Source: Vicugna vicugna
Taxonomy: Eukaryota
Reading direction: 5' to 3'
Length of the DNA: 64,000 nt
Assembly (NCBI GenBank): GCA_013265495.1
Contig: MU058540.1
Location: 2,133,696-2,197,695, forward strand
Positions 26,010 through 37,974 of the stretch are shown in pieces. Both the position numbers and the translations under genes were made by a program. The notes under the pieces are model-generated. The model was not told where the DNA came from and did not search any database. It saw only the letters and a list, made by a program, of their open reading frames with translations. Position 1 is the stretch's first letter; the number at the start of each line of letters is the position of its first letter.

Positions 26010-27499
26010 TTTCAGCAGCTCCAGACGGGGAGGGAGGGATGAGTGGGGGAGGGGCAGGGATGGAGAGAGCCACAGCAGCCCAGGTAACATCTGGGGAGAT
26101 GGAAAGCATCACTGGGGATGTTGAATCACTAAGACAGGGGTACAGATGACAGGGAGGTGCAGGGAAGGAAATGCCTTGCCCAAGGTCACACAGCCAGTTG
26201 TTCACCAGGGTGGATGGGACCAGAGTGCATCCAGAGCCCGGCAGTGCTGGGCAACTCTCTTGGGTGTAGTATGTAGGAGTGGCAGGCCAGGGAACAAGCA
26301 GTGCCTGGGGAGTGAGGGTGGGGAGCCCAGATCTAAGGCTGCATCTACACTCTAGTTGGCTCTGGGCAGGTCTGGCTTGGGCACGGTCCCCTCCCCACCC
26401 CCAAACTTCCCCCTACTCCCTTAAATATTAGAGATAATCCATGTGAAGTGCCTAGAACGGAGGCTGGTTTGTGATGATGTCAACTAGAATGAGTCACCCC
26501 CACGCCTTCTCTCTCATCCTCCACACACACAGCTCAAGGCCTAGAACCTCCTGGGATCTTTCTCCCACACTACCACCTTCTTGCTTCTGAGTCCCTATAG
26601 CTCGAACACTTGGTACTCACCACCTGCTGGCTTGGGTTATTATTTAACCTCCCATGCCATGTGTTTGTCTCTTCAACTGGTCTGCAAACTGCCCAAGGGC
26701 AGGAAATCATTTCAATACACCCAACATTTATTGAACATCAACTCCAGTGCCAACCTTGGCCTGTGGGGGATGAACTCAAGCCATGGGGGGAGGCCTCAAA
26801 GCAGCAGACTTTGTTTCTGCCTCAAGAACTTTCTAATCTGGTTAGAAGAACAGAATTAGTAAACAGATCACTAGAATATGAGACAGGCCACACGCTATGC
26901 CGTGAGAAAGGTACAGACTAAGTGTGCTGAGCTTTCAGAGGAGGAATCAGATTTGGCTGGTGCTGTTCCAAGCAGGCTTTATGAGCTGGAGCTTGAGAGA
27001 TGTGTAGACATGGAGGACAGGCACTCCTGGCATGGGAGATGACAGAGTGAACTGTGGAGGTTGGAAGGAGGGAGAAGAAAGGACCTTAGGAGTTGTGTCA
27101 TAAACTTTTGAATGACATCTTTAGCAGGACCTAACAGAGTCTTCCATATGGTTGGTGCTCAGTCCTTTATTCCCTCCTTGGTTTAGGGAGAGTGGAACCT
27201 TCAGGACTAGCACTCAGTGATGTCTTTCTGTAGAAGGATGGATAAGGAAAAAAGGTGGCTCTGAATAAAACCGGGTTTTGATTGGACAAAGGGAGGGATC
27301 AGGCTCCGGTTTGGGGTCTTCCTCCACCCTGCCTCCCACTCCCACCCGCTAGTGTCCAGGCTCTTTCTATTCCTGGAGTCCTGCCAGGGGGTTCCCAAGC
27401 TATCCAACAGAGCTGTGCTTGGTTGGCCAGGCCCCTGGGAATCCCTGGAGTCTCCAGGCTTGTGTGAAGAAAGTGTTTCTTAGGGAAGGGGTCCGAGGA

Positions 27500-28420
27500 A
27501 AGGGGAAGCGCCTCCGGGAGATGGCTTGAATTGGCCCCTTCTAGCGGGCTTCCGTTGTCACGTGACAGCATCCCATGTCTCCCAGGTCTGGGGCTGGCGC
27601 GCTCCCAGCTGTCTTCCTCCAGACTCCTGGACTGAGCGCTACTGGGGCTCAGGCGGCAACCTCGGCGGCTCCTTCCCTGCGTGGAGCTACCAACACCTGC
27701 CTCCCACAACTGTGCTGCTCCGGCGTCCCCCACACGCCTGGGGTTCCAAACCAGGGCTTAGGTGGGGGATGGATAGGTCTGGGTGCGCTAAGGCCCGTGA
27801 CGGTTAGGGCTGCCAGGGCCACCCGGCTGGGGCGCCCATCCCAGGGGCTCCACACCAGCCCCTGGCCCTCTCTCTTGCCGTGCCCAGGCCTGGCGCGGCC
27901 CCAGCGCGCCCTCGCAGGGCTGCGGCGGCGGGGAGGCTGCGCGCCGAGCGCAAGCCGCGAGCACAAACAGGGCGAGGAGGCTGGTGTGAGCGCCTGGGCC
28001 CGGTGCCAGCGCGCCGGGGCTGGAACACAATGTCCCGAGCGGGCGGGCGGGCGAACGGGGAGCGAGAACAGCCTGACTCAGCAGCTGGGTAAGTGGGTGT
28101 GCTCGCTCACCAGATCAACCGCTCTCGCAGCCTGCGGTCAGCGACGACCCAACTCTCAGAGGCTCCCTCGAGCGGGAGGGGAGGGGGGAGCACAGGGCTC
28201 CTCGACTCCTGCCCTGCCTGTCGCCTGGGACCTCCACGTGGCGAGTTTGCGCATCCCCCTGCCTTCTCGCCGCTCCAGTAAAGGGTCTCGCAGCCCCTGG
28301 TGCGAGCAGAGCGGACTCTGCCCACTTGGGAGGGGCACTCTCCTCACCCCACCACCCTAACCGGCAGGTGTGGCCGGCCATACAGCGGCCAGGTACACGT
28401 TGTACCAGATGCAGATGTAG
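27500..28420. promoter_or_regulatory. CpG island / upstream FKBP5 enhancer or alternative promoter with GREs
   Basis: CpG-rich; GGAACA-CAA-TGTCCC at 28022-28036, AGAACA-GCC-TGACTC at 28065-28079, GGTACA-CGT-TGTACC at 28392-28406, palindrome TGTCACGTGACA at 27556-27567. Confidence 0.7.
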
Positions 28421-30331
28421 GTAGAAATTTCTTCTAGGTTGGTGGGGAACAGAGGAAGAGGATGCTGGGAGAAATGGGATATAGGGCAAGAAGATCTTCC
28501 CCATCTCTGTCCTCAGCTGACCCAGAGTTCAGAGTCTCTTCCTGTCCCCTCCTCTCAAAACCACTAGGCCCCTGAAGATTTCCTCAGAGGGAAGGAGAAG
28601 CAGGTGGGGAGGTGCTTTGAAGCCTGAGACCCTGCTTTTCTGCCTTACCCACCCTCCCCCCAAAGCCACAACAAAGACCCACCAATCATGCCACCCAGCC
28701 ACAAAGCTTCTCCTTCCTCCTCTGCGCCTACTGTCCCCTGTGGTCTGCTGAGGCCATTGTGAGGACGACAGCCCCAGGGCAGGGAGCTCAGATGTCAGCC
28801 CAGTGCAGGACTCTTCCTGGGGGGTGGGGACCTGTCCCATGCCCCAGCCTCCTGGGGTGTCTACAAGGTGCCCCAGGGGACATGCTGTGCCTGGAGTGTG
28901 CCAGGGTAGGCAGGGAGGGGCTCCATCCTCTGCCAAGCTCCAGGAAAGGCTCTGGCAGTCAGCACAGGCCTGGGCTCCAGGGCGTTCCAAGGTGGGGCTG
29001 CAGGAGGGATCCTGGGCCGCTGAAGTGCCTCACCTGGGCCTCAACCCCTCTCCTCAACCCCAGACATCTCTGGCACCCTCAGTAGCCAGAGTTGAGAAGG
29101 ATGCCCGCCACCTTCCCACACATACAGACATATCTCCCACCCATGTGCTCACCAAGCCAGTGCTCACCAGCTCTCAGGATGTACTTTCACTGTTGTTGAC
29201 TCCAACCTCTACCTGATGGATGAAATCTGTTCACAATATCCTGGGTAAATGATTGTTCTGAAACTGCACACCCACAGTGACAGGGACACTCTTTCACAAG
29301 GCCCCTCACTGCCCCTCAGGACTTCCCTATCTCTAAGTCCAGTCACCTATAGGACACCTGCCCTCACATGGCCTAGAAGTGACTGAACTCACCCTTACAT
29401 CCCTGTACCTTTCACCAGCTCTTCCCCTCTGCCCACCATGACCCTCCTACTCCCCAAACTCACCATGAAGGTGGATTCATTCTTAACTATATTCTCTCCT
29501 TCACTATCCTAGATCTCATCTATTACCAAATTCTTCCTTCTGTTGCTTTTATTACAAGATATATTGTTCGTTACTTTCCTCACTTACTTCTTCATTTCCA
29601 AGCCCATAGATTCCACCTTTGGCCCCAATTCCCACCATCACTGCCACATTGTCCTTTCTGACCCAGGTTTTTTCCTTCCTCCTACACACCCTGCTGGAAT
29701 AATCTTTCTCAAACACTGTTTATTGTGTATGTTATCAGTTTCAGACTCTTCAACCAAGCACACTGGGTACACCAGCTGCTAACCCGTGTGTTCCATTTGA
29801 AGGGCCCTGGATTCATTCATGGCGTACCCAGACCACAGAGTCCAGCACAGGGCCTGGTGTGCAGCAGGAGGGCAGCCAATGTGCTTCAAGTGGCCAATCC
29901 ACTTGCTTGTGCTCCTCTCTCATCCTCCCAGTTCTCTTTCCTGCTTGGTCTCCCCATTCCCATCAAGCCTGTGGCCTTCCTAATGCTCACACAGGCCCTT
30001 CTGTGGGAGTCACAGTTTTTTAATTTCCCAGATTCTCCAGAGAGAGGGGTGGGGAAGGGAGAAGCTGACATCCAAATTAACTTTAGGGGGTTGCACCAAA
30101 TCCAAACTGCAAAGACCTGGATTGCAGAGTGGAAAGAGTGTAGCTGTCTGCAGACAGCATTTGCTCCAGCAAGAAACAAAACCACTAAAGAAGGTGGGAG
30201 GCAGAAATGAGAGTAGGGGTAACCAGTGGCTTTGGGGTTTACAGAGGGACCTGGCCATTGGAGTTTCCAGCCTACGTAGCTCTGGGCTGCTAGTCTGATG
30301 TCCTTAGATTGTTCTTTTTCTTGGCACCACA

Positions 30332-30394
<63 letters not shown>
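30332..30394. repeat. (TC)n(AC)n compound microsatellite
   Basis: Read directly. Confidence 0.95.
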
Positions 30395-30395
<1 letters not shown>

Positions 30396-31129
30396 ATACA
30401 TGTGCCCAGTAATCTTGGCCCATCACCACCTCGTAACCCAGCTCAAAAGCTCTGATAATCTCCACCCGACTTTGATCATTTTGTCATCAACTTCCGTCTG
30501 AGCCTTATAAACTGCCTTCCATCTTTTCTATATTTTATTGCTTCATTATGTCCTGTAGTATTTTCAACTGGATAGATTATAAGCTCCTTCATGGCAGGGA
30601 CAGTTTTGTTTATTTAATAGCATCTATTTATTTTGAGAAGGAAGCATAAGATAGGGCACTTGGATTTTGGAGGCTACCCGGACTTGGGTCTGGATCCTGG
30701 TTCCAACCCTTAGCTGTTTGGGCTTAGGCAAGTCTCTTAACCTTTCTGAGCCCGTTTCTTCATCTATAAAAGGTGCGAGAGATATTTACCTTATAAAATA
30801 AGTGGCAACGTTTACAGAGACTACAAAGTGCCCCTTGCACAGTGAGCAGGTAATAGCGCGTCTTCCTTCCCTGCCCCGGTAGGGGCCTTCCCTGAACTGG
30901 CGGATAGGGTTCCTTAACTACCCACCCCCATACTGGGACACGCCTAAGCAATCAATAATTACACTATTACTATTAATAATTACACCGGTAACACAGACTT
31001 AAGCCAGGATGCATGGCCACCCTACCCTAACTCAAAATAACCGGTGAGGGCAGGGTTCGGATCCAGCGCCGTGGGAACCCAGTGCCTAAGTATGGTGCCA
31101 AGCATAGTTCAAGCTCAATCAATGAACGT

Positions 31130-32470
31130 CTGTTGAATGAACGAGCGAGCGAACAGAACCCGTCCTTCCCTCAGCTTTTTGGAACATCAGCGAGTGAAGA
31201 AGCAAAGATTGAAAAGGCCGCCAACGCCGCTTCCCCATCCCAACCCGGGTCCCAATGCCTCCAGCAGCCTCCTTTCTCTAAGGTCTCTCCTTCTCCAACC
31301 CGCGTCCCCGCCCCTGGTTGCCTTGGAAACAGTGACGTATGCGCGAGGGGCGTGACTTTTCCCCAACTTCTCCTGGAGACCCAGGCCCGTTTTTATCCCA
31401 ACCTGGGTAGAGGGTGAGGTTAGGGGTTCTCTACCCTGCCATCCTCACGGCCGGGCCTGGAGCTAACCCCACCCACCTGGCCTCCCCCTTCTGGTGCGAG
31501 GCTTGCCCGATTTAGGGCACCCCATCCGCAGCCCACCCAGCATCGGTGAGCTGGCGGGGGTCCAGAGAAAGCCGGCTTCAGCCCCTAGGATCCGTCTCCA
31601 TCCCTTCACCCCGATGGGCCGATGGATCTCGAGAACCAAGGCCCAGCGCTCAGTCCAGGCCGGTTTCTTCCCGGAAAGCCCTCGGGCTTGCTATGCGTCC
31701 TGCGGGTGGGCTGGAAGGGTGGGACCCCAGGGCGCGCGGGTGCCGCGGAGCACGGGCGAGGAGGAGTTAAACAAGGTGTCGGCGCCGGGCGCGGCGGGAG
31801 CGGGGGAAGGGAGCGAAGGGAAAGTGAGAGCGGGGGCGGAGGAGGGGCGGGGGGACCGGAGCGAAAGAACATCCTGTGCCCGCCGCCGGATGCGCGCGGG
31901 GGGGCGGGGGAAGGCGGAGAGGTAGTCGGGGGAGGGAGGGGCAGATGGGGGGAAGCCCGGGGCGGGGAAAGGCGCGGCCTCCGCCCCCGACCCGGTCCTC
32001 GTCCTTACGAGGTGCCGCTCCCTCCGCTCCCCGGACTTTTGCCGCCTTTCTTCCAGTCCCCGCGCCTACGTCGGCGTAAGGAGCTACCAAGAGGCCCCCG
32101 AATCCGGTCCTGGCCCGGGGTAAGCGCGAGCTGGGAAGGGGACAGTCTCGGAGAGTGTGAGATCCACGTCAGGGCAGGGGCGCCCCCCCACACTTTCATC
32201 TCTCCGCTTTTTTCTGCTGGGGCAGCTCGCACGTATTGAGCGTCCCTTGTTCTTCGAGGGAGAGTCACAACGTACATTCTCATTCAGTTCTGACAGCGGC
32301 ACTTCCCGGGAGTAGGCAGGTATTAAAAGACACGTTTCCCGGAGAAGGAAACGGAGACCCAGTTCGCTCAAACCCAAGATCATCGGACCCCAACGGGCTT
32401 TTCATTAGAGTATAGATAGAGTAGGTTAATTTTCCCATAGCTTCTCCTGTGCATCCGGTTGCCGGGCCCC
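31130..32470. promoter_or_regulatory. CpG island with GRE, STAT GAS, RFX X-box and CRE-like motifs
   Basis: AGAACA-TCC-TGTGCC at 31866-31880; TTCCCGGAA at 31668-31676; GTTGCCTTGGAAAC at 31317-31330; TGACGTA at 31333-31339; multiple GGGCGG boxes. Confidence 0.7.
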
Positions 32471-33779
32471 TCCTGGGTCGCCCACCATAATGGCCTAGCA
32501 CCCTTTTCCACACTAGGTACCCAGTTAGGCTCCTCTGATACACTAAGCTGAAACACCTATTATCAGAGTCCTGGTAGAGAGAATGCGGAGATAGTCTTAG
32601 GGTTTCACAGGTGGGAGGATGGTTTTTAGGAATAAAGGAGCTCAAGGGAATAGGCAATAGGCTGGATTTCCCTAGCCCTCCTGATTTAAGTATTTGGGCG
32701 TGGCGGGGTTGGGGGGGGGTGATTCAAAGAGGACTCCAGAGTTGCTCAAGGCAGTTAAATAGGTTACAGGAGATGAGACTGATTAACCTGAAGAAGACCA
32801 GGGTGGGAGGGGTAGACAGTGAAATGGAAGGGGCTGAATAAGGTGCCTTTCAGGCCTCACAGAGTCCCGCCATCCGTATGCTCACTGCCTTCCCACACCC
32901 AACATTATTGTCTAGGTGAAACCTGCTTATAATAGGAATTATTCTAGTTACATTTGGGAAGCTCTGTGTGCTGGGCACTGTTCCAAGTACTTAATCCTCT
33001 CAAAAACCCCCAAGATGTAGGTATTGTTATTCTTCCCATTTTATAGGTGGGGAAAATGCGGCACAAAGAGATCACAAATCTAAGTCAGTGGCTGAGCTGG
33101 ATTTGAACCCCAGCAGTCTGGGTTGAGCCCACACTCTCACTTGCTAAATAAACTGCAACTAACATGATGGGAACATCAACCTATAAGGTAGAAAGCTGGT
33201 GCAGGTGACAGAAAGGTGTGTCCTAGGGCAGCCTGTCAACTTTTGCATTGGGGAGGGTGGGTAAGAAACTGGGGCTTGGTTGTGTGTATATGGAATCCTA
33301 GACTTCTCTCTAACCAATATTCCAAATTTCTGGATTTTACAGAAAAAAATGAAACAAGAAAACAAAAGCCAAGTTCTGACAAAGAGTTGCAGCCTCAATT
33401 TATGCTCCCTAGGAACCTTCAAAACACAACTACCATCTGTTATCACCATCATTTCATAAAAGCAAGTCCATTTTAATCCTCCTCAAAATAAGTCAGACAT
33501 CATCTGAATCAAAAGCAGTTACTGCCAAGAAAGGACAGTCATTGACTTTCCACCAACAACTAGACAGTCCTCCATATTTTTTCATCGTGCTGTGGACTAG
33601 TGAAAATCTCACACTGGTGATGCCTCTGCTTTTAATCTCTGAATCATTTGAGGGCAGAACCAAAAGAAATGGGCTTAAGTGTAGCAGGAGGGATTTAGGT
33701 TAGAGCCAAGAAAGAATTTTCCTCCCCTGGAGATCTTTAAAGAGCAGGTGAGTACTGCATTTGCTTAAGGATGTGAGGG

Positions 33780-35735
33780 TTGCAGGATCAACACCATGGC
33801 CAGTAGCTCTGCGTCCCACCTCAGACAAGGGCAAGAACTTTGTTTTGAAGGACCTAGTCTCAGATCCACCAGGGTAGCCTTCGAACCTGAAATAGTTCCA
33901 TCAGGCAGCCATTTCCTGCCCAGAGTTCATGGGACTTGATAGGTGGTCCCCAGGCAGTGAGAAGGCCTCCATCATCCTTCACTGCAGGGGGTCTGTATAG
34001 TCACCCACTGTTGGGTGGCACCCGCAGGCCTGTAAGCCTTGAAACTGAAGAGCAAGCCTGGGGATAGCAACAGACATCGATGATGCCAAATACTGGAGAG
34101 GCAGTATAACCACAGACCTTAGTATGACAGTGCCTTTCTCCAGTCCGGGGTCCAGGTTAATTACCTTAGTAGTCTCAGGTGGGACCAGGTATAAAACAGG
34201 TGAAGTCTCTAAATCCCTTTCTAATCCTATTCCCCGCAGGATGGCAAACTCAAACCATCAGGACTTACCAGGCAGTCCCAGGACCATCTTATGTGTTCCC
34301 CTGGGGGTAGATCCTGTGGCAAGGGCAAAAGTGAATTATTGTCCTGACCAATAGTTGGCCACGGTCCTTTGGTAGTCAAGAATTGAACTCAGATTGCATT
34401 GACTAGTTGCCTGTGGATTAACATGGCACTGGGACGATTGCACCTGGGATGTTCAGCTATAGTTCATAGGGCTTGTGTTAGCCTCTGGTCCGCCTGTTGA
34501 GAGAGTGGGTTTCCATCTCAATTGTTTAAGTAGTCCATTGGTCCTTTCCATTAGCCCAGCAGCAGTGGGGTCGAAAGGCAGGTGGAAATGCCACTGTATA
34601 TCCTTTTTATCGGCCTATTCCTGAACTTTGTAGCCAGTAGAGTGGATTCCTTGGTCACTGTCAGTGTCCACGGGGGTTCTATATGTCACACACAAGCGGT
34701 TTTAGACCCAAAACAGTTTATTCGCGTTGTTAGATGACTGAAGTGGGCCTTTTGTAATGTCTTCCACTTGTAGCACATTGTAGACTGCATACAGCTGTAG
34801 TTCCATCACACTGTGTCATTGCTCTGCCCTTTTCCATAGCTGGGACCAGAAGCCCAAGAGCACTCTTATTTTGTCATTGCCCCAGGTCCCAGCCAAACCC
34901 TTCCAGGTGACTGACAACATTCAGTTCACAAGCCTGTCCCTAAGTTAATATCCCCAAAAGCCTGTGTCTAATTGTTTAGGGGTGAGGAGTTGGGGTTATC
35001 CTTGTCTTTTGTAGATAATCCTGGTCCTTGCATTTTGTCTGTATTCACCAGCCATCCCTATGCAGTCAGATGAGCCATGAGTGTGGAGCAGCTACTTTTA
35101 AGTTATAAAGAGACCCTGAGGTTCAGAGGATATCAAAGTAATGGAAGAGAAAGACATCATTCATGGTAGTCAGCTACCATGGGGCCCCAGCTGCTAGCGG
35201 ACGGTCACAGTCACTCCTGCGACTCTCCGTTCTCCGTCCTCACTTCCTGACATCTTGGCACTTGCAGGAGTTTCCTCGGCCTCTTGGCTGGCTTGCCAAC
35301 TGTTGGGCTGCAACTCATGGACCTGCAGGAGATAGCGACAGAGACATCAGTGTTTTATGGACAGGGGATCTTAAGCAAAAAGTCCTGGAGTGATAATCTC
35401 CACCGTGTATGGCAGAAAGAAGGTGGGATAGCAGCCCTTTTCACTACTCGGGGGAGAAGGAGGCTACCATTTATAGCGGGAATTGATATCACCTTGGCTC
35501 CTCAGGTACCAGGGAAACCAGCAGCTTGGGCACATCCCTCACAGCCATCATAGATTAATTACCATCACTGGGGTAGATGTTTCCTTTTAATAAACTTGCA
35601 GGTGGAGCCCTTCTGGCCTAGGGATTAGATCAGGGCAAACACATTCACATGAGTGGGTGCAGGTGAAGAAAGGACTGGTGGAGCAGGGGATGTACAGAGA
35701 GCAAGAGAATAGCCATCTTGAATGGCCTGACCACT
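33780..35735 (-). mobile_element. Degenerate class III (ERVL-like) endogenous retrovirus: 5' LTR (about 35301-35735), tRNA-Arg-like PBS, deleted internal region with integrase remnant
   Basis: On the minus strand the LTR ends ...GCAGCCCAACA and is followed by TGGCAAGCCAGCCAAGAG (PBS-like, 35281-35298). 34516-34698(-) translates to ...DSDQGIHSTGYKVQE*ADKKDIQWHFHLPFDPTAAGLMERTNGLLKQL, with D(35)E spacing. The left boundary is approximate. Confidence 0.75.
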
Positions 35736-37110
35736 CACCTTAGGGCTGTGTAGAGGGCTAGGAACCACCTAGGAATGACCCTTGAGGAGACCTAAGGCTG
35801 AAAGAGAGGAAAGGAAGAGAATGGCCCCCTCGGAGTGCTGCCTGGAGTCTGGGGTGAGATAGATGAAGGCTCAGTGGACAGACCTGGCTGACTGCGGCAT
35901 CCTTGGGAACACTTTTTTCCTATTTCCCCACCGCCTTCAAGCCCAGGTGCAGCCCAGGGCCCAGAGCCTTCCAACAGCAGCTCAAAGCCAGGCAGGTGAA
36001 GCCCTGTGCTGGCTTGGACTGAGCCTGGCTTAGGCTCCTCCCTGCTCTGTAGCAGAAGGTGAGGCCAGAGGATGTGGGGACACTAGGGGCAGTGGGGAAG
36101 AGAAGGAGGGAAGGGTCTAGTCTCACCTGCTCCAGCCTAGTGGTAGAGACCAAGGCCTCCAAAGTTGGGTTCTCATCCTCCAGGATTTTCTGATTCCAGA
36201 GGAAGCCTCCAGCTTCATCCCACCCTGTGTGTATGTTGTGGGGGCAATGGGGTGTGATACTTCCAGATATAGACCTCCGTGATTTAGTAGCACAGACCTA
36301 CCCACAATTTAATCCTGGAGTTTTAGAATGCTAAATCTGGATCCTCTTAAGTTACAGTTGCAGAAACAGACTCAGGTAAGGGCAATCCCTCCTGCTCCAG
36401 AGTCACACTGGTTACATGGGCCTGGAGCCCCTGCATCCAGATTCTCTGATCTTATTCTGTCCTCAAAGAATGACAGAAGCTATAACTTTAGCATCTACTA
36501 AGTGCAGGACTCTGTGCTGGCTGTTGGAGATGCAGACAGCTGCCTTCAGGAGCTTTTGGTTAGCAGGTACGTATACATTGCTTTTTATCCTCCAAAGGAA
36601 GGATAAAATGTTCTACCTACAGAAACACCCCAGGCCCAGAAGTGGATCTATGGTAAAGAGATCAAAGATGGCAGGGCCAGGCAGGCAAGTGAGGGAACAG
36701 GACTGTCAGTGGTCACCCGCCTCCCTCCTCCAATTTCAATGGCCCCAGCCCAGAAATTGGGCCTCTGCTGCCCTCTAATGGAAGAAAGGCAGCCTGTGGA
36801 GCTGCCTGCTGGGGCCCGACCAACCTGGTCCGCTAAAGAAAAGGGGATGAGAAGGACATTCCTGCTCCCAAATTTTTTATTCTACTAGAGTCTGGAGCTT
36901 TGTTTCCAACAGCCTCTGAATCTCCCTGGCTGCCCTGGGTCCCCACCACCACCCTCCATCCCACCATTTCCCCCGTTTCCTTTGTTGCCCGGGTTCTGAT
37001 TCTGGTACCCTGGTTCCTGGCCCTGCCAGAGTTCTAGTTCCGGAAGGCCTTTGCCAGGTGCCTCAGGCCTTGCTCCCACCCGGGCGCAAAGCTGCACTGA
37101 AGACTCGGGC

Positions 37111-37270
37111 ATGTGCTGCATCCCCCAGCGCCTGGGGCAAATGGACATCTACAAAGGTGTAGTGAGCCTGGCCACAGGCGCCGGGGCCATCTACCTGCTC
37201 TACAAGGCCATCAAGGCTGGCATCAAATGCCAGCCACCCCTCTGCACTACCTCGCCCATCTGTATCGCCC
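37111..37270 (+). CDS. ARMC12: ARMC12 coding exon 1
   Basis: MCCIPQRLGQMDIYKGVVSLATGAGAIYLLYKAIKAGIKCQPPLCTTSPICIA; donor GTGAGT at 37271 (phase 1). Confidence 0.9.
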
Positions 37271-37974
37271 GTGAGTGCCCCCGCCCTGGGGAGAGGGCTT
37301 AGCCCCAGGAGGTACCTGTTCCCGGGGCCTCCAGTGTGGGAGGGCCAAAGGTGACTCCTCCACGTTCCCTCTCCTCTCTCCTCTTCTCCATCTTCCTCAG
37401 ACCCACCCTAGAGATGCTAGCTCAGGGTCCCCAGGTAGTGGGTGGCACTCAAGTACATCCTCAGGACTCATCTGGCAGGTTTCTGAATTCTACACTCACT
37501 CTAGCTTCCAGGGTGACACTGCTTGGAAACTTGGCATCAGCAGTTCTCCCCAAGGGAAGGTTGGGGGACCTACATGCCCAGAGCCTCTGCTAGTCCAAAT
37601 GACAACTTTGTCCAAAGTAGAGAAAGGCCCCCCTTCTGCAAGACTTTTTTATTGCCATCTGTTGGAATATCATTGCCGTATACTGAATATGATGAGATAC
37701 TACATGTTACTGCCATACGCCAGCAAGTTGTTATAGTAAATATTCAAAAGTTTTGTTTATTATATGAACAATACGGCATTAGATGTGGATGTGGTGCCCT
37801 TGTGCAATACACACCCTGTTCAACTGTACATAGTGGTCCTGCATATAGCAAGAAGTCTTCTCTTCAGAAAAGGCAAGGCAGCCTTGCCCCCAGGTCCCTC
37901 TCCCCAACTTCCCAACCCCATTCTTTCATCACTTCCGAGTCCACAGCCTGAACTGGGCTGCGGTGGCTATCTAG

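Noticed and set aside
27299..28504. ORFs up to 261 aa in the second CpG island (likewise 31494-32383)
   Set aside because: Same GC-composition artefact; no protein-family resemblance or consistent exon structure.
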